Shown in pieces: positions 22,901-37,900 of a stretch of 64,000 nt of DNA. Within the stretch, counting starts at the first letter, position 1, and every line of letters begins with the position of its first letter. A program made the translations under genes and the position numbers. Below the pieces are notes generated by a model. The model was not told where the DNA came from, did not search any database, and worked only from the letters and a program-made list of their open reading frames with translations. The stretch covers positions 3,410,001 through 3,474,000 of the forward strand of contig NC_134029.1 of NCBI RefSeq assembly GCF_964204645.1, read 5' to 3'. Source of the stretch: Tubulanus polymorphus. Its lineage: Eukaryota; Animalia; Nemertea.

Positions 22901-25900
22901 GAGCGACGAATCTCCTGCCAACAAATTGGATTATGATCGTAACAGGCGATCGACCGGCGATTATTGCGTCTGGTTTGATGGAAATCCGTTTCGATGTTTG
23001 GATTCTGTCGTGAATTAAGTTTAATTTTCCGCAATAGATCTTGATTTGCGCGTCGCTAATGGGCGTAGTCTGTCGTAATGATGTTGATTGGTCGAATTGT
23101 CGGATGATAATGAACGCTATAAAATCGGCGACTTTGATCGCTTGATGGGGTTAACCAACGCAGTTTCTGCTTGACAGAAGTTGAAGATGAGATCAATTCG
23201 CGTTGAATGGAAAGTAATCGTATTCAGTTATATTAGGGTCAAGATGTCCATACTGACCATGTCCTATTAGATAACGATTCAATTTGCAATAAATAGATAC
23301 TAAATTATAGTTCGAATATGAATATATAAATATTCCCAAAGGCTCCCGCGATAAAATCTCATAAGCGTAGATAGCCTACGAAAGAAAATCTATTAGGAAT
23401 CTCATCAATAATTTCGAAAGGGTTCTGAAATTTCGAAGGGACCTTTACGGACCCATCGAGTCCTAGGTTACTAGATTAGAAAGGTCTATTTAAGGTTCTG
23501 ATAGTATACAAGCTTGGCGTGAACCGGTCGAACCTTCACCCCGAAACAGACTGAATCTAGTGAAGTATCTGAAATAAGAGATGAACTTAGAGGGAAATAT
23601 TAATTAAGATCAGGAATGTTATTAGGAAAGCCGCATCATCTCGTGGTTTAATAACGAACGGCAATTGCGCCACACGTGGGGAGAAACAAATGACACAGTC
23701 GATCAAACTGTAATTAATATCTGGCTCCACAATTATTACAGAATTTCACTCATCTCCCTATTTCTCTCTCTCTTATTAATACAGGGGGAAACCTAAGGCG
23801 CTTTCAAGAGAGAGTGAGGGGGGAGAGAGATAGAGAGAGAGAGGGGGGAGAGAAAGGATATTGAATTTTTTCTTTAACCGCAAAAATCATACCCTTTGTT
23901 TCATATTTTTTTTCTGTAATTTGATAATTCAGAAAAACGAGGGAAACATTTAGAGAAACTGGAGCCGATAATAAAGAACATGATGTTTCTGATATTGACG
24001 CGTTCAGCTGTTCAAATGATGCTGCCGATTTCAACTGATGTAATTATCCCTCATCTCGGTTATCTTTGCTCTGGCTTAGCGCTCGTTTATTTAGGATACT
24101 TATTGGAAGCTGGCGAGTTATTCGGATGAATTTACATTTTTTCCCCACATGAACAGTTGTCGGGGCTAACTATGCTGTGTTTTTTTGTAAAGTTTATTTG
24201 GTGGAAATTGCTTTTAATAGCGCTTATTTATAGTAGGTTGATGCCGTTCGCTTTTCAGTTTACTTCCCTGCACAGCGTGTTGATGAACATCATAAAATCA
24301 TACGCACTAAATCTCTATTTTATTGCGCGCTTTCACAAAATCATAAATAATATGAAAAATATTTATACTCATGTCATCTATCCTTATTCTGAATATCAAT
24401 TGACCCGATTTATCTAAATGTTGGTTTCATTTGAAATTATGCACGACTTTAGTTGTCCACCTTTGCTATCTGTAAAGAATTCTATCATCTCGCATACGCG
24501 CCTATACGTCATTTTTCGGGACATTTATTCTCAGGGAATGTTTCGGCGTATAGGAAATTTTTATCTGCGAAATAAAACTCGAAATATGCGCGGTTTTATC
24601 TTCTCAGAGCGTCGAGTATAGAGAGCAGATCCTCGTGAATACCAACCGTTGAACGGGGCGAAAACTTACTTATCATTTGATAACGTTTCATGTAAAATGA
24701 AATCTAAATCGTTTGACATGGAATTCTGTTCCGAGATAGATTAAAAAGTCAACGAGATACGTGGAAAATAGTATGGTGATAAAGCACTAGTCGATGAGAT
24801 GTTATTGGCGAATTTCTCTTGAGATTGCGTTCGAAACCTCAAGTTTAGCATGTTGTAAATACTTAATGGTTAGGTAGCCATATTCTTTTACGAAAAAATC
24901 TGAACAAGTGGCGGCATTCACATTCATATATATACATCACGAATATTTTTGTGGGGGCAATTCTATTCCCATCAACTATTATAGGAAAATTGATCTGAAG
25001 AGATTCCGACAAACAACAAAAAAACGATGTTTTGAAGCATTCGCCGCAACTGTGGTTAGATTTGATTCAGCCAGCACTTCATTTTGTTTCCCATTGTTTC
25101 TTAAGATGTAAATAGAATCGAGCTACTGTGAGGATTATGTATAAAGTCAATCATTACCTTTACGCGCAGACGGTAATTCGGATAAAAAAATCACGTGGTT
25201 ATATCAGTCAATCGACAAGATTCAAAACATTTTACCTCGGTGGTGCTCGCGCTAATACAAGATAACACAAATCCTATAGTAACCCGCGGTGAGCTAGACA
25301 ACGCAAAAAGACACCGTACGGCTCGGTGAATCATGAGTTTAATCCGGCGCTAATTCAGACCAGATCTCGTGTCGATAATTTAATTCTCGATGTCCCGGTG
25401 TTTTACTGGCAAATCGAATTAAACTCGAAATGTCTGTAAAGATCATATACACCGAGGGAACTTATACACGTGATGAGTTTGTATGATTTTTAGACCATCT
25501 TACATGTCTTGCGCTATTCAAACTAAGGATGTACGGTATGTAATCCCAAGTCAGTTCGATTTATTGATAAATGATAAATAAATTGGATCATTGATATTCG
25601 TGTAAAGTCGTTCGTAACTTGCGGCACTTTCCGCGTGACCTTGTCAATCTTTTCGGTGTCATCGACAATCGTCGACTATCCGAGAACTTCCTTTCTCAAG
25701 AGATCAACTCAGACACAACAGCGAAACAATATCCAATTCTGAGGTCGTTATAAAACAGATAAACTATCATTAACGGTTTTCGTTTCTCGGTTTTTATGCG
25801 GAGTTGATTCTGAGGCGAGTTTGTTTTTCGGAGTAGATACGATGATTAATTCACATCAGCTGGTTTCATGGAAAGCCTTGTCATTATTTCATTCATTCAT

Positions 25901-28900
25901 CATTCATTTTTTTCCGCTTCATGATATATAAGTCTGTGGCTTCTACCGCCAGAAGAAAGTTGTTTATATCAACTGTTGTATCCCGACGTCATCAGCATCC
26001 GATCATATCAATCAATTCATCTAATCGTGCTGAACTTTTGTCCCTTCCGCTTCCGCGTAGATACGTTTGAGATGGCAAAATTCAAAAACAATCTTTTTTA
26101 AAACAATCAATCAATTTTGAATTATTTCACAAATTCATTCGCGGTAACACCATAAACGGGTGTGACAAGCGACGGAGGATCACGTGTATCTATCTGGACT
26201 GGTCATGTGTATCTGGTCTGGTCAATGACGTGCGTCACCAATCTGACCTTTTTATGGCTACCCTTGCCCATCAGTGTTTTAACAATATCAAAGTTTTCTC
26301 ATTTCTGTTGGGCCTAAATTACATTAAATGTATCTTCCTGTGTATATATCATCTTCATCCATTGTGAGTGACGCAGTATTCCCACGGTTTGTAATGAGTT
26401 AAACAAGATCGTCAATAAATCAATTAACTTTTGTTTCTGCTCCGAGAAAAACCACATTCGTTAATAAAATATTTCCATTTTCATACGCGATGTTTCGGGT
26501 TTATTTGGAAAGGATGTAGTTACGATATTTAAATAATATTCAGGAAGTGAATTATTTTCAACCGCAGTTGCGCAGACGTCTCGTTATTTTCACATCTGGA
26601 ATGATTTCCGGTTTTATTTCTATCACAGATTGATATCTATCTATATGTGACGTGTAAATGCTGCACTCTCAACTCAGTGTTGTGTGTATTATGTGAATTT
26701 ATGCAACTTACTTTTATCCGAGGCTGATTACGGGACGCTTTTTCAGTGTAAGCTTCCTTACTAAACGATTCCACAAGCAAAGTGTGATATCATATCGAGG
26801 ATTTCGTGACAGACATGATGATGTGCTTTTAAAGGCCGCCATTTTGACATCAAGATGTCCTCACTCACCACTCCCTTGCTGGCGACCCGCGTGGGCATTT
26901 AATGAATGGGTCCCCTCATAAGACAAAGTGACGCCCAGATGTCGGTCTTTGATTTTCTCTGGAGGAGCGATCATGTTTACATGGACAAATTACATAATAA
27001 ATTTTTTTTATCAGAAATCAATTTTTTTGTCAATACAGGGTGCTCAAATAGATTAGCATACGGTTATAGGTACCCCTCAGCGGCCCCGTGGATCTCATCG
27101 ATGAGAGACTGAATAATGAAATAGATACGCAATTCAGGATGTGCAGAGATCATCAGATTGTGACCTAAACTCCCGGTATATATTGATAAAAAGTGCCCCC
27201 GAATTTGAAGAGGTTCGTAATCCTTGGGGTTTATATTAAAACGTTTGTGGAATGCCATCACTGAGCATCACATGTGCAGCCTGTTGTTTATAGTAGCGCA
27301 AATTCAAGTGCTTGGATAATACGCATCATAAACATTATAGAAATGTTAATATATACCAGATAAAGACATAAAAAATGACACTAATTCATATTATATTGAA
27401 ATTATTTATAGTCTATGCGTAATTAGGTTACCGTTGGAGAAAGGTTGATGAATCAGTGCGAATCTGTACGTTGTCCATTGTCCAATGATCAATGAATTAA
27501 AAAGTCGCACAATTGATTCTTATAAGATCAAATTTGACTTATAGCCATCATCAGGTGGAATGATGACGGTGGAACTTAGGTGACACGGATTAGAGTGTGG
27601 AACTGGGTGCTCAGTCAGTCATCACATGACGAATAGAGCCGCGGGTTCGACTGTATCAATTAAAACATATCCCCACCACCACAATAACACATTCATGTGA
27701 ATTTATTTGCAGCAGAATCTCAGAACGAAATGTGATTAATATATAATTCATAAAATCGATGCTAATACAAGGACAATTTGTCGCAATTAGATCCAATAAC
27801 TGTTAATTAACCGACTATCCAACAATCACATCTTGACTGACTTTTTCACAGAACTGGTGTTAGTTCTACCTGGCGCTGCTGATGTTGTTATCTAGACAGC
27901 AGCAGCTCATGTCGAAATGATGGAAATTTATGCGTAATTGGATGAGAAATCTCGCAGAAATCTATGTTAAATGACGATATAACTAAATGAATGATGGTCA
28001 GTCTGTAGGAAGTCAGATTTTACGGATATCGCGGTTGCGTAGTTCGCTTCCGAGCTCTTGGCCAGACTCAGCACCGATTCAGAGTTGAGTGCGGTCTGTT
28101 TCAATACTCAGAACTTTACTATTTACATACCAGAAACGAACCAAAATTGAATCCAGTAAAACGGCGTAATTCGGGAATGCGAAATAGCGTTATATCTGAT
28201 ACGGTAAACCACATGCATAATTGATGAGTCGATATAATACGAAAGTTGTTGATGCTAATTAACCAGCGGCAATTAATTGAAAAACTCTTGATATTGTAGC
28301 GGTTATTTTTTTTGTGGCGAATATTTTGAATTATTTATTCATCATTGATAACGTGGAGGATTTTTCGCTAGAACATTGTGTATGATTTTTCGTGGTTTGG
28401 TTTGGCACCGCTCGACTATCGACTCCCTTCTAGTCTATAGCGGGACAGAACATTTCCAATAGATCTATCGGCAAATTATAGGATTTGAAATAGGCATTTC
28501 CTTACAGCCTTTCGCTATAAACATCTTTACGTCTACGCGTTCATCATCAACAAAAACAAAGCCAAATGGACGTGCGGGTATTGTGCATATTTGCTGTGAA
28601 AGTCGCAACGTCTTTCTTATGATTGTATCATTCTCGTGGGTATCATACAAATTTAGATTCGACCAGGTTATATCAAAAGATGTCCGCCGATGATTTTTAT
28701 GCGGCCGATAATCGCTCGAGTTGATAGAGCGCATTAACTTTCCAGTCCCTGCGGACCGGTTCGTTTTCTCTCAACGGTGATCGATCAAATGATATAATAC
28801 CGGCAAATCTTCCCGATCTATTTATGTTTCCAATTATTTACGCTGAATTCGAGACCAGATCGGTTTATTCGCGCGTTCATTGTACCGAGATAAAAATGCG

Positions 28901-31900
28901 ACGACTTTTTTTTCAAGATTTTATATATTCATTGCTCGTTACTTTCTGTTCTATTTCTATCGAGACGAATAGGACATCTTATATTTGGAGCTTAATTACA
29001 ACTGCCCAAGAAATTTGTCTGACGGCGACAAGTCATGAATCCGAAATACGTACATCTTAGCAGACGTGGAAAATAGATTAAACATTGTGTCTTGATTTCA
29101 ATTATTGATAAATAAATGTAGTTTTTAATCGCGTACAATATGTTTATAGTGGCTGTTATATATGTGTTCAATAAGGTAATGAAAATCTGTGATGAAAACA
29201 ATTAGATCCTGGTGTCTTTGATTCGCTTAATCAGCATAATAATTCATTTGTAATTCTTGTATTTCTATTCCACAGTTGTACGAACTTTCCGACGATCCAA
29301 AACGAAAAGAATTCCTCGATGATTTATTCAGTTTTATGCAAAAACGAGGTAAGTTTGATATCTATTTAGTTTATTGTTTTACCTGCCTATCAATGTTCCC
29401 CACATTAAAATGTTTTTTGATTGCACGTTTCTTACATTTTGTATTTCGGAGATGAATTTTCATGCAGCAGCATGCTGGGCACTGCGTTCTGAACACGAAA
29501 ATTGCTTAAGAATGATTTTCTATATTTTCGTCTCGGCTCAGCTTGAACCTAACCTCTCACAATCATAATTAACCATATAAAACTTTCTTATGACCCGAAC
29601 TGATGCCGCGTCCGGGGACGGCAGCTTGTTGGTAATAATCAGAGGGCACCCAGGATTCTACGTGTTCATAATTAACCGAATAATATCGGTTTTACGACGC
29701 GTGAAAGGAATTCCTGGTTTCTGTGACAATGTGATTCCGTGACTCGAGCTACGCTTCCCAGCCTCGTCCGTCACCTCTTACAATTACCATTTCATGACGC
29801 GTTTCATTTTCATCTGTGTAGTTCGTGCGAGCAGGCCGGGGGAACCCTCGTGAATGGCCCTATCGATATTCAATAAAACGACGGACGATTTTTTCACTCG
29901 TTGTTTGTTCTTGTCCCGCTGTGATTTGTCGTTTTAGCTCCTATAGTATAAACAAATCACTTTTTTGGTATTGAGTCGGTAGAAATTCTATTCGGACAGG
30001 TGGCAAAATGATGCACAATAGAACGTCTTGATGCACGCAGTTTTGTCAACTCTCGTCTTCTATTGTCAGAAACCAGCCCCTCTTCACAGATGACACACCT
30101 TACGTGGTTAGAGACCTCTCATCATTCTTTAGTCATGAAATACAAAAAAATTGATTTTTGCGTGTCATGATAAATCTAAGTAGGCGGCTCGCTGGTAGAT
30201 TTTTGGAGATCTGGAACCAGTTCTCAAGTTAAGATCTGATTCGGGGTTAGAATATTGGAAATGAGCTATCGCAGTTTTTTCAACTTTTTAGTCAAAATGC
30301 AGCCGGCATGCAACATGGAACTGGAGGCCATACATAGTTGGTACCCAACTTCACTCAGCAGACTTTCGTAAATGTTTGCCTTAAAGGACCATGTTTTATT
30401 GTTCTCGGCTAAAGCTTGACTCGAAGGGTTAAAACATAGATAATTAACTGATTCAAACTGGCTCAGTGAACTTTGTGATGACAAGATTGTCCACTGGATA
30501 GATCGCCTGGCATTGCCACTCGCATTTTTCGACTGCCATGTCTATGTGCCCAATTTGATATCAAAAGATGTAACTTAACATGTTTCAGTTAATTGTCGTA
30601 TATGAACCGATACCACCAACGATGACTCGATACTTTCACCGCGGGTTTAATGGTTGTAAATATCTCTGCGAGTCTTTGTCCGTTCGATTCGCCATTCCGT
30701 CAAAAACCAGTCGACTAGAAATGATTCATTTCACAATTGCATGGTGAAAAAGAACGTTTTCAAATGCTCTTTCTTCCTCAATTACAGCATTCGTACACCA
30801 ACTTCTTCTAGTATCTTTGTTCTAATAAATGGTAATCACGATTGGTAGAACACTATATCCGTGTTGACGCGATGAGGAGAGAATCCCACAATGATAATAA
30901 AAAGTCCGAAAATGAAACTTCGAGATAGTAGTTTATTTCAACGTTTTAAGTTTCATTCATATTTATACTCACTATTGTGGTTTATAATCACCCCTTAGTT
31001 TGCTTCCCTTTAATCTATTTTAGCGTGTAACTGTTTCTACGTTAATTTTCCTTTAGTTTGTATCATCTCTGATTACTTGAATTAGTCTCTTTGTCTCTGG
31101 ATTGTATATATATCTCATAATTTCTGTAGTATCTCATTATTCCTGAAGATGACTATTAGGATATAGTCGAAACGTTGAAATAAACTACTATCTCGAAGTT
31201 TCATTTTCGGACTTTTTATTATCATTGTGGGATTCTCTCTTCAATAAATGGTAAATTTCTGCTTATGATTACGTTACTAATACTCCAGTCTATATAATTT
31301 AGGCGAATGATAATTAACGCTACTACAGGTAAGAAGAAAGGTTGAAACATCAATAAACGGAAAGGTTGCATCAGATTTTATTTCGAGATAAGCGTTTGAT
31401 CCGGCCACTGTAATCATTCGCATATACATCAGAATCAAAGGTCATAAGTTGATATTAACTCATAGAGTGGAGCAGTAAATTATAATTGTTATTCAATACA
31501 GTTGCTAGCCATCAGTCAAATATCACTAATCAACTACAAGTCTTCACTTAGAACGTCTTCTATCAATCCAATTATGCAAATCATTTCCGAATCTATATCG
31601 ATTTGTTCTTCATCCGTAGGAAAATCCGGTATAGTTTCCACTAAGGGTCTGTCCCGAGCCCCCAGTTCTATTCTTTCTCTCAAGAATTTCCCCAACTTTT
31701 TGTTTTGCTACACCCGTTAATCGTTCGGGTTGGGGAAACTCGGATACAAATGAAACTTTACACTATTTACGAGGAGAAATTCGAAGAATATCATTTGTAT
31801 ACTCGACATAGGCCTCGACGCATCCATCCATTGGTGCGAATACTTTTTAAGACGCGAGGGGATGTTTAGATTGATGCTGCCGGGGCTGAGATTGATAGGC

Positions 31901-34900
31901 GAGTGTGATCCAGTGATAAACACGTATCATTAAATTACACGCGGTTTCTCGTTTCCAGCCGTTATCAACAATTTATACCTGCAACAACTGTTAAATCCAT
32001 TATATATAAATGCGATATTATTTATATTTGCACCACTATTACACTATTTCACCATCCTCTATGGCTACACACAAACCAGTATCATTGAATCACTGATTCA
32101 GTTGCTTGACGGAGATGCTGATAAAGCTAATAAAGCTTATTCTAATTGAATCACTCTTTTAGTACTAGTATTTTGTAACAATCCATATTGACTGCGCTCT
32201 TGCTCCGTGTTCTTGTCGCTTTGTAGGAAATCTCGATATTTTTGAAAAAATGACATCGAGCGCACGTTTTGAACTATTGGAAACAATATATTGCTGAACA
32301 TTTATCTTTGAATAATCGTGAATCAGTGAAGGGAGAGAGTTTCACTAATACTGAGGCAGTTGACTGCCCATGGATGAGCGAAACCGTTTCATTGTTTATT
32401 CGGGTTGACAAAAATATTTCTTTTTATCGCAATGCGACAAAAATGCGCACTCCTATATTCGTAAATCTATTATATTCCGATTCTCGTACTAAATAAATAT
32501 ATGATTTATATGTATTTTGATTGAGAACGTATATCTACGACTGTGTAGGGTGCTCAAAGTTTGACGACGTGACATACCTAACGCTTGAAATTCAGTCAAC
32601 AGCCAGTATCGGCTGGTAACGTGTGTCTATTAACATCTCATAGATGATCTGATTGTCAATCAATGTGTATTTAATGAAATTCAAACGTAATCAGAGGTCA
32701 AGGTCACTCATGGGCCGTTTGGATAAGCCGTTGTTAACTTCGGTATTTCGGGTATTTGCCTGTTTATGAGGCCTCTTTTTGATTACTTGGAGTACGGATC
32801 CGCCTCTAAGAATTCAGAAAATCATCAAATTGAAATTTTATTTTGTCATGTTCATCTTATTATGATTTGCAAAAATACTTTTTTTTCATTTCTTCCATCA
32901 TTTGAATAAAATTCATCACAATTTCCACTCATTTTTTAGGTGACTTGTGGAAAATACTCAAATCATAAAGAAAAATTTATATATTTATTTTTTTTCTGTT
33001 CCCTTCCATTTTAAAACACCTATTAGATAATATTTCCCTTTCCTTCACCCTCTCATTTTTTCTTGAAAAAGTCCGTACTCCAGATAACTAAAAAAGGTCT
33101 AACGTTTTCACTCTGAGGCATGGCTCGGAAAGAGCATCTAATAAACAGATTACAGTCAATATATCCCAAATACGGTTAGAATTATCTTAACGCATTTCAT
33201 ACGCATTTCCTAAATCGATTTTCACAGGTTCGTGTTGGTTCTAAACTCAGCTGGTTGAATGTTATTGTTCATTGTTATTTCGACTCCTTATCTCTATTTT
33301 TTATCGAATAATCATCTGATTCAAAGGTAACTTCAAAAGTTCGAATGGGTACCAAAATAATGAAAATGAATAATTTATACCATGTTTTCGTTGATGGTGG
33401 CTTCGATTTCAGGAAATGGGTACTTTTACTAGGCGGTCACGTGATGACAATCCCTCTAATCGTCAATTGTAAAAACAGCGACTGTTAAAACCGGAAGTGT
33501 TTCGCTCGGTAACGCTCGGCAACGATCGGCATATTAAACCACTTCGTTTCGATTAATTGTTTTCAAACGATTCGTCGAAATATTCGTTTTCCACTTTGGA
33601 TTTTAAACAGGCGCGCAGCGGTACTCGATTTCGCCACAATAACGGTCTGTTCAGACGACATTTATAATGGTTCTCGAAAGCGAAGCCTGTATTCTCCGAG
33701 TGGCGTAATTACGAGAACCTATTAGCGAATCAACTCATCAGACTCGCGCGATTTTAAACGTTCGTGGAGCCGCTGGATAAAACGGAATCAACTCTCAGAT
33801 ATTTGACATGTTTAGTTACAATGTAAATGATAGCTTGCACCATCAGTTACATTTCCGATGTTGTTGGAAATTCACCACTCGTCCAGAAAGTTTCCAACTT
33901 TAAATAAGAGATTTCAGTTGATTTTACTTTTTTCCGATACACGAGCCGGAAATGCGTTGAAAGCCATAAACTGGCTAACAATTTCAATTTTCAACATATC
34001 TAGTGGTCCTTATCGACGCTTTTATGCATAATCTCAGTCTAAATTCTAACGCGTTTTGATTTAAGTAGAATCTAAACATGTTTTTTCACTTGTTATATTT
34101 TCAATGAACGGTAAAGCTTTTTCGAGAGCGAACCCGTAAAACGGCCCCGAAATAGAGACGATAGATAATGATGTAGTTTAGGCAAAGTAATATACCAGTC
34201 TTTTTTATACTAAATGTCGAATTTCAAATCTTCGAAAACTGGTTCCATACCTTCATGGTGATAAAATATACGTAAAAGGAGACACGTCACCATGCAGTTG
34301 TTTAATTATAGGAAAACGCTTCAGAAAATTCAACATACCGCGTACAATCTTATTAATTATTCAATTTATATCAACTCCGACACTCTCTTCAAGCACCGTT
34401 ATTGACAATATTCGCGTTCGGACAAAAAAAAATTGGAGCTTTATTTCAAAAATATCCGATTTTATGCAACGTTGTTGAGTCGCATCGGATGCAGTCGAAT
34501 TCAACTGTTGATCGAGTATTTTTTTACAGACGAACGCTTCGGAATAACTAAGTGTCATTGATTATAAACTTTGTTGTTGATCATCGTGGTCCATGAGTCG
34601 AGATCGTTAGATTTTTGTTATTTTGAAAATCGACATCGCGAAGGCCTGTTTGGCCCGTGGGCACAGAGCGTTTTTGCACTTTTAAAATTATTCCCCCCGT
34701 AAAACACTTTAAAAATTAATATCATAGCGCGCTCTTGAGTTTATGTCGATCGTATAAAAATATTCGATTGTTTTCAATTATATTTTGAATATTAAAACGA
34801 CGTTGTTGAAACTGTAGCGAACTGTTAATAATTAAACACCAAACCAACGGTAAAGCACCATCGACGTTTCGTGTGTTGATAAATTCTATGATCAACGTGA

Positions 34901-37900
34901 GCCGCCAATGTTTATGAACCCTTCATACGTGTAACGGCAAGTCTTCATAAAATATCAAAATAAAAACCTCTGACATGATTTCGTGGTTTATCTGTTTGTG
35001 TCCGTGGGGCTTTGATCTCTAAGGCGGTCGCCCTTGCAAAGATTCGATTTCGGAACCTCCGCCGTCTGAGGAGTAATCAAGTGTTCACGCTAACCAGTTG
35101 GGACTGAAACGTACGACGGTACAAAACGTCACACTTGAACAGACGTGACTTTTGTCGAAAAATGGCTTAAATCTCAGGATCCAGTTCCACAGTCATGAGT
35201 AAGAGTTAACTCTGAGTTAAAATCAGTTCATTTTCAATGAGTTAACTCTGAGTAAAATCTTAACTCACAACTGTGGAACTGGGTCCATGACTGGTGTTAG
35301 AATGGTTGTTAGAACGGCCTTAGAACAAAGATGGTGTTTGAGTGGTCCTATTTCTAAGACGACTTTGCAACTGACCCCGGGTGAATTGCTGACGTTATCA
35401 TATTTCGTTTGAATCTTGAAACCATAACTTTCACGATGGTTGTCGATCGAAACAATAAACAAAAAGTTTTTGCAAATTGTGAAACTACTAACGAGAGTCA
35501 CGAGGTGACCTTCATCAAGTGATTCGACAATTTGATTAAGATTAACAATGAAAAATTGAAAATGTAACTAAGTTCAACGCAGAACTTCGAGAACTTCACC
35601 TCCCCCGCAATATACGTACGTAACTTTTTTTAAACTTAAGGAAACAGGTGAAGAAAAACTTGGAAGAATCTCTATCAAATTCCGAGTTGAACATTTTTCT
35701 CTTGTTTCCTTTCTTCTGATTTTCTTTTATTCAATTTTTATATCAGCACCTGGCATCTGTGTAAATATAAAGGCAATCGATTCGAAGGGCAAACAATGAA
35801 CTAACCTCTGATCTTTTAAATTTCTTTAAATCGCATTGTCTTCCGCGCATAGACCCTAAAATAATGGCAGCCCCACATAACTTGCTTTATGCTTTACCTG
35901 ATAACTAAAATATTACCTCACTACTTTTCCATATCGAACATAATTCTATAATCGCTATAAATGTTTTTGAAGTCGAGGAATTTCTCCAAGTCGGTGATGA
36001 CTACACGTCTCGAACGGGCAGCGTTTACAAGTTGTTTTTGATTCATATGCAGCTGCGAAGCGATGTATGTTGGTTTGTGTTTCCATTTCATTGACTTTAT
36101 TAATCAGAATCGGAATCACCGGCGAAATTGAATGATATATTTTATTACGCCAGGTGTCTGTATGTTGAAAACGAAGGCAGTTACAATAGTCTGAAGAAAT
36201 TATACCCGCCGATATAGATAGGTTTTAGATTACCTCTTCACGTACAGCTGGTTACGTGATGATGCAATCAATGACTAAAACATAAGATTTCTTGATTCAA
36301 TTCGGTCTGATATTCATTGCAGTACTGCGTGATTTAGGCGTAGCAAACTAAACCATTGGGGTTTGAAACATTTTTGTTTTTCGTATCAAGAGCCTTGAAA
36401 AATGTATATACGTGACGACTTGTCAACCTGGATCTATTGATACAAAAGTCACGTATAGATGCAACTTTATTTTAGAATAAAGTATGAATACATTAAAATT
36501 AATTCCATTTCAACGAGCTGCCCGTGAAAACTTGAAAGGTAATACATATATCGAGTATTTTGAATAATTAAAAACCCACATACATCATGATTTATAATGG
36601 CCTGAAATAGCACTTGATATCCGTGAAGTGTTCGAATACATGTAAACTCGCACTTACTGATTCAATTACTATATCACCTCTTCAGAATATTCAAAATCCC
36701 AAAAACTCATCACTCCATATTGAATCATTAGTGAAAACATTATAGATAACAAACTAGTTTTATATTCACACCCTAGTGACTATTTTCATATTTCAAATTT
36801 TCAACTGTTATATGCATAGGAGTCTGACTGTATCAAAACTTTTCTACAAATAGAACATGATTTTTTCTGATCAATAATTATAAACAAATGATGTACGTAT
36901 CGCGAGCAGGTGCGACCCAACTAATTCAACGGCCTTGGCAAACAGACGTCATTCGAAACACCACTTTTAAAGACAATGGGAATTCTTTATAGCGACGCTG
37001 ATGACACTTAATTCTTTCATTATGAGATGACTTTCAAAGGTATAACCGCTATTTGACGAGTGAGCTACCGAACGATCTCTTCACCTTGTTTTTTGCGTGT
37101 TTTGTGAAATGAACAATTATAAAACTGCAACTTAAAAACAATGATGAGAACTTCTCCGAAATCACGATCCATATCGTGTTAGTTTTCAAGAGCTCGACGA
37201 TTGTTGCGATTTTGGTGACAATAAAAGTTCGCATCCGATAGTTGGATAGGAGACGCACGTGAAAAATTAATGAATTGAGCTGTGGATTCATCTGAATGCC
37301 CTGAAAGACCTCTCGACTAAATCATTGCCTCAAAAACGACTCGTTTAGTGTCCTTGTTTGAATGTATTAGATTTTGGGGATTTTAGATCGTAGAATGTGT
37401 AGAAAGATAAACTGTAGATGCAAAAAACACTGGAAAATTCAAGATCTTTTGAAATCATCTGAATTGTCTGCGCTTCATCAACGTCCGCTGGCCTTGACCT
37501 ACTGGAAATGCGTTCTTCGTTGTAAACTATCGAATGTTTGGTGTTCAACGCAGTAATTCAATCTAAATCTGATTCGTTTTTTCACGTATTTGATAAAATT
37601 ACTCGCTACCTGCGCGCCCCGTGCCGATTAGATCGGCCACTTCAATTTGGAGAGCTTTTGTGTGAACTAACGTGTACAAGTTTCTCGCTCGTTTTTTTTA
37701 TCGTATGGCGCACATATATACATAATTCACTACGTCGGTTATATACTACTCAAGTGCAAAATGTCTATCAAAAATTCCGAACGGAATTTTTTTTCACTTT
37801 CATTTCTTTCCGATCTCTTTTATATAATTTTTTCGATATCGCTTCACGTCAAATGTGTTTATAGAAGCGAAAGCGTTCGATTCAAGAGCCGAACGAAATC

